Assembly: GCF_009914755.1 (NCBI RefSeq)
Contig: NC_060943.1
DNA length: 64,000 nt
Direction: 5' to 3' (one strand)
Origin: the human T2T-CHM13v2.0 reference genome, Homo sapiens
The position numbers were made by a program, and so were the translations under genes. This document shows, piece by piece, positions 1 to 64,000 of this stretch. Under the pieces are notes generated by a model that was not told the origin of the DNA, did not search any database, and worked only from the letters and a program-made list of their open reading frames with translations. How positions within the stretch are numbered: the stretch's first letter is position 1; each line of letters starts with the position of its first letter.

Positions 1-281
1 AAAAAGGCAGGCAGAGTACGGGGGAGAAGGTCAAGTATTCACAAACTAAACTAAGCTATGTAACTACAATTCTGTTTCCAGTGCCCAGAAGCTGCTCCTA
101 TCATCCCAGTAGTTATTACTACCCCAAAAGTCAACCAGTGATATATGTTCTGTTACTATAGGTTGATTAGCTATGCCTGTTCTAGAACTTCAGAAAAAAG
201 TGTGTGGCTTCTTTCACACAACATTATGCTTTTTGGGGAGAGATTCATCCATATTTTTGCCTGTATCAATAGTTTATTCCT

Positions 282-2680
<2,399 letters not shown>

Positions 2681-3004
2681 TCAATATCTCCTTGACGATG
2701 AAATGCATAGATGAATGAATGAAGGAATGACCTCTGTTTGCTCACCATGCACACCCTCAAGAGGGTTACTTGAGAGCTAAGACTGGAAACAAAGGTTGGG
2801 GCCCCACCCCTCCCGGGCCAGGCCCCGCCCCCGGTCCCCGCCCTCGCCCTCTCGAGGCTCCCATTGGAGGAGGCGCGCGGGGGCTGGCCCGGCGGGAGGG
2901 GCGGGGCCGGGGCCCGGGGCGGGGCGCTGCAGCCCGCGGAGCCTCCCGCCCGCCCGGGCTGGGGTCGCGCTGGCTCGGACTCCGCTCCCCGCCCCGCCGC
3001 GGCC

Positions 3005-43861
<40,857 letters not shown>

Positions 43862-44366
43862 AGGCCCCGTGCTCCCCACCTCTCAAGGAGTCTCATGCCG
43901 CAGGGTGCTCAGTAGCTGGGTCTGTTCCCCCAGCCCCTTGGGCTCACCTGAAGTCCTATCACTGCCGCTCTGCCCCTCCCCATGAGCCAGATCCCACCAG
44001 TTTCTGGACGTGGAGAGTCTGGGGCATCTCCTTCTTATGCCAAGGGGCGCTTGGAGTTTTCATGGCTGCCCCTCCAGACTGCGAGAAACAAGTAAAAACC
44101 CATTGGGGCCTCTTGATGTCTGGGATGGCACGTGGCCCGACCTCCACAAGCTCCCTCATGCTTCCTGTCCCCCGCTTACACGACAACGGGCCAGACCACG
44201 GGAAGGACGGTGTTTGTGTCTGAGGGAGCTGCTGGCCACAGTGAACACCCACGTTTATTCCTGCCTGCTCCGGCCAGGACTGAACCCCTTCTCCACACCT
44301 GAACAGTTGGCTCAAGGGCCACCAGAAGCATTTCTTTATTATTATTATTTTTTAACCTGGACATGC

Positions 44367-44372
44367 ATTAAA
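44367..44372 (+). terminator. Candidate proximal poly(A) signal ATTAAA
   Basis: ATTAAA with an upstream U-rich run (tttctttattattattattttttaa) and downstream tttctttccgtctgtc. Confidence 0.55.
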
Positions 44373-45009
44373 GGGTCTATTAGCTTTCTTTCCGTCTGTC
44401 TCAACAGCTGAGATGGGGCCGCCAAGGAGTGCCTTCCTTTTGCTCCCTCCTAGCTGGGAGTGACGGGTGGGAGTGTGTGTGCCCAGGTGGGGGTGTCTCC
44501 TGGCTGGGAAGGAGGGAAAGGGAGGGAGAGTTTTGCGGGGGTTGGCAGTGGAGAGCAGGCTGGAGAGGAGATGGCTAATAGCTGTTTAATGGAAACCTGC
44601 TGGGCTGGAGGGAGTTAGGCTGAATTTCCCGACTTCCTCTGCCAGTTATTGACACAGCTCTCTTTGTAAGAGAGGAAAGAAACTAAACCCACCCAAGGGA
44701 TGATTTCAGGGGGAGAGGTGGAGGGCAGATGTCCTGGGCAAACCGGGCCCCTCTGCCCACACACCTCACTTGATCCTTTTGCCAAACTTGTCAAACTCAG
44801 GGGAACTGGCTTCCCAGTTGCCCCTTTGCCATATTCCAAGTCCCCCTCAGACTTCATGTCTCTGCTCATCAGCACTGTCCCAGGATCCTGGAGAGGGAGA
44901 ACCCCTGGCCCCAGGGGAAAGAGGGGGGGGTCTCCCGTTTCCTGTGCCTGCACCAGCCCTGCCCCCATTGCGTCTGCACACCCCTGCGTGTAACTGCATT
45001 CCAACCACT

Positions 45010-45015
45010 AATAAA
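45010..45015 (+). terminator. Distal poly(A) signal AATAAA of SLC44A2
   Basis: AATAAA followed about 25 nt later by GGTGTGTTTGTTGG. Confidence 0.88.
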
Positions 45016-45224
45016 GTGCCTATTGTACAGGTCCAGGCCTGGTGTGTTTGTTGGGGGCAGTGAGCCAGTGGCGGCTGGTAGGGGGAACCCCAGCTTCCAA
45101 GGCCCTAGGAGTCTCTGAACTAGGGCGATTCTCTCAAAGGGAACGAGGAGGGGGCAGGAAACCCACTGGCTGCTGGCTCTGCCTGAATTCCAACCTTCAG
45201 GCAGCTCAGATTTCCCCTGATTAG

Positions 45225-54365
<9,141 letters not shown>

Positions 54366-54829
54366 CGCAGGCGCAAAATGTCGCAGCCGTAGGGAGGCTC
54401 CGCCTCTGACGCTTGCCTTGCATCACGTGGTAATGGCCGCTCAAAAAACGCCTTAGCGAAAACCAGAGCGTGCCCTCGTCACGTGATGGAGGACTCCCAG
54501 TACGGCAAAGGGAAGGCGCCAAAAGTTGTCAGATGGCGAAGGAAACCGCGAAATTCGCCATTGTCACATGATGGAGCAACCTATCGAAAGCGGAGGGAAA
54601 GGTGCCGAAGTCACGTGACTACGCACGCAAACACTCCCGCTTGCACCACGTGCAACTCACGCCCACCCCCTCAGCGCCCCCCTTATCTCTTTTCGCCCCT
54701 CCCTCCCATTTGGGTTGGGCCTACGTCGAGGCGCAACGCGGCGTCAAAGGGGGCGGGGCTTCAGCCGGTCACGTGTTCCCGCACCTCCCCGGCGCGCGCC
54801 TGCCCGCCCGCCCGCTCGCCCCCGGTCCG

Positions 54830-54972
54830 GACTCCTCCTCCTCCTCTTCTCGCCATTGCAGTTGGACCCAGCAGCCCGGCGCGCACCGCGTGGCTTTTGG
54901 GGGCAGACCCCGGCGGGCTGTGGCAGGAGGGCGGCGGCGGCGGCTGCGGTCGAAGAAGGGGACGCCGACAAG
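54830..54972 (+). other. ILF3: ILF3 (NF90/NF110) non-coding exon 1 (5' UTR); intron 1 runs to the window end; start approximate
   Basis: Sequence ...gccattgcagttggacccagc...gggacgccgacaag matches the recalled ILF3 5' UTR; strong donor AAG|GTAAGC at 54972/54973; no ILF3 coding exon seen in the window. Confidence 0.85.
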
Positions 54973-57230
54973 GTAAGCGTCAATGTGGCGGCGGCCGGGC
55001 CCGCTCCCGCCTCTGCCCCTCCCCCCGCCCGCCCTCAGTGAGATCCCCACTGAGGGTTCGCGGTGACAAGGCTGGAGGGATCCCACGCTCGCCGCCTCCG
55101 CCCGGTTCCCTCATCCCGGCGCCTGGCCCGTTCCTCCCTTGCCGGCCTCGCTCCCGCGCTCGGCCGTTAACTCTCTTCCATTGTGCGGAGGAAACAAAAT
55201 GGCGGCTGCGGCGGCGGCGAGGACTCGGTGCGCGCGCAGCCGCTCCCCCCCGCACGCGGCCCCTCGGCCGGCGGCGGCGCCACGCGCGGGGGGTGCGCGC
55301 GCACCGGGCCCCCGGCTGCCGCCTCCCCGCGGCTGGGCTTTTGTCTGTTGCGGGGGTCCTGGGGACGCGCGCACGTGCTTGGAGCACACACCCCCTCGGG
55401 TCCCGAGTTCCGCGGCGGGGCGACCCCCCTTCCTCACTCCTTCCCTACCCCCTCCTCCTCTTTGTCCCGGTCCCGCCCCCGATTCCAGGAGAGTCCCAGG
55501 TTCCCGAGGCGGGAAAAGTCGCCTCCTTTGTCCTCACAGGTCGCGGAGAGGCGGACCCCCTCCTTGGAAGCCCCTTCCCACGCGGATTGCTGAGGAAGCC
55601 TTTGTGGGTTCGTCGGGTTTCCAAATTTCTGGTCAGCCAGGCCTCTCTCAGATCAGGGTCAAAACTTGAGAGGGTTTCAGCTTTTTCTTTAGTTAGTTTG
55701 TTTTCATTGTTGAATGTTTTTCCAGATTGTTAGTATTTGCCTTCTCTAGACCGGCAATCTACTTGGGTGCAAGCCTGGGCCCCGAAACGTGGATGCTTAA
55801 AACCCATTTCTACCTTTATTTTCTCAAGTAGTTGAACGATTGAGATTCTCGAGGTTACTCATGAGGTTCTGCCCCAGTTAATTCACCGCCTGGATGAATT
55901 ATTTGGGGTGTACGGCGGTCTGCATGCTCCTCCCCCAGTTCAGTGGCCAAATTTGAGGAGAATGAGGGATCTCTTCTCCACATTTCCAACATTGTTTGCC
56001 AGTTGCTGCTTAGGTGACATGGATCAGCAACGAAGCGTCGGTTTCAGTGGTTTCTTTTTCTGGACTCCGGTAATTCACTGCTGCTGAATCTTTTTCAAGA
56101 TTTTGCTCTCTTTAAAATGAGTGGTGTGATGGCATATTTGTGGTCCACATGGAATCGCGAGGTGCCATCCGAAGTTAGGATTCAAATTTAGGACTTTAAG
56201 CTCTCTTTTCCTCAGGTATTTGTGGATGGGAATCTCCATGGATTGCTCAGAGTGCTGCCACTGTCCCTTGTGCGTGATGCTTTGTGTGTGGTCTCGTGGG
56301 ATGTAGTTACAGTAGCCGCCCAGACTGTGAATGAAGTGTGGGAACCAGGGCCTCATTCACAGCTGGAAAGCAGGAGGAGGCCGCAGGACATTGGCAGGTG
56401 CTCCTCTCCCTGTTCCGTGGTGCTGGGGCCCCTTGCTTATGTGGGTGGCTCTTGGTCCCTGGGATTTGTGAATGGAGTCTGCAGGCCCCAGTGTTGTCTG
56501 GAATATTCTTTAGTTCAGATTGGAGGCTAGCAATGACTGCCAGGCTTGGCCTTGCCGCCACTGGGCGCTATTTATCACTCTCCCTATCTTCCTGGAGCTT
56601 AGCCGCGTCTTCCTGGAGCTGAGAGGTGCCTAATTGTTTGTGGTTTTTCTGATTGAACTTGTTTGGTGCCTCTAGGCAAAAATTCCTTTGGCTCCTTCTA
56701 GTATTTTCAGGGTCTTGAAGGCCCATATTCCTGAGCATGAGGAATCTAAGTCTGTTATTTTTTCCTAAATTTTCATGTTAAATACCACGTTGACAAAGGA
56801 CAGCTGCTAATATTTTGATCACACAGATACAGACGGTGCTCCCTGGTTAAGGCCTCCAGGTAGGGGACAGGTAGAGTCAGTGATGGGGAAGAAGCCTTCT
56901 GTAAGTCCCTTTCCTTTGGGTAGACAGTAGATTACCCTTTAGGCTTTAGCAAGATGTGGGGGTTAGAAGTCTTCTATTCTTGGAAAAGCCTTTAGTCGTT
57001 TTCTTTGGGCTGGGGCCTCTTCTCTTAGGGACTGCTGTCACCCTTTCTCGGTTTCTTTTGATTACCTTTCATGGCCCCAGAGGAGTGATCCCTTCCCTTA
57101 TTTATACCTCTTGGACTTGTCATCCTGCTACATTTTGTCAGCAAGTTAATTCACCTTGTGCAGTTTTGAAAGATGTGTAAGTGTTAACATTTAGTATTAG
57201 CATTTATGGCCCAGGAAATTGTGACCTTAA

Positions 57231-64000
<6,770 letters not shown>

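Larger units (their letters stand above)
43862..45035 (+). other. SLC44A2: SLC44A2 3' UTR (end approximate)
   Basis: Repeat-free stretch between the stop codon and AATAAA plus a GU-rich downstream element. Confidence 0.85.

Noticed and set aside
54929-54949. (GGC)5 in the ILF3 5' UTR as an expansion-type repeat
   Set aside because: Too short and typical of CpG-island UTRs
54483-55733. 416-aa ORF across the ILF3 promoter and exon 1
   Set aside because: Low-complexity Pro/Arg/Gly/Ala product expected from a stop-poor CpG island; it starts upstream of the likely TSS, runs through a strong splice donor and has no recognisable domain

Overview
Human (primate) genomic DNA, very Alu-dense, recognisable as the chr19p13.2 SLC44A2-ILF3 interval. 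The window holds the whole SLC44A2 gene (choline transporter-like protein 2, CTL2, carrier of the HNA-3 antigen) on the + strand. It has two alternative CpG-island first exons (ATG 3005 and ATG 26088), 20 common exons (26707-42927) and two paralogous tandem last coding exons (43373 and 43755). Splicing these by hand gives open frames of 704/706/709/711 aa. The 3' UTR ends after AATAAA at 45010. Downstream lie a solo ERV LTR (52320-52815), the divergent lncRNA ILF3-DT (- strand), a bidirectional CpG-island promoter, and non-coding exon 1 plus the start of intron 1 of ILF3. Almost all entries in the ORF track are Alu or GC-rich artefacts. I found no new protein-coding system. The most interesting signals are in RNA processing: (1) an alternative terminal exon with a distant branch point whose first bases (GTGAGG) recreate a 5' splice site after splicing, a candidate recursive-splicing C-terminal switch; (2) a probable U12-type minor intron; (3) an LTR that apparently donates the lncRNA poly(A) signal; (4) Alu pairs with gene-conversion signatures. 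Gene and repeat names come from recalled sequence knowledge, not from a database search. Repeat boundaries are approximate.
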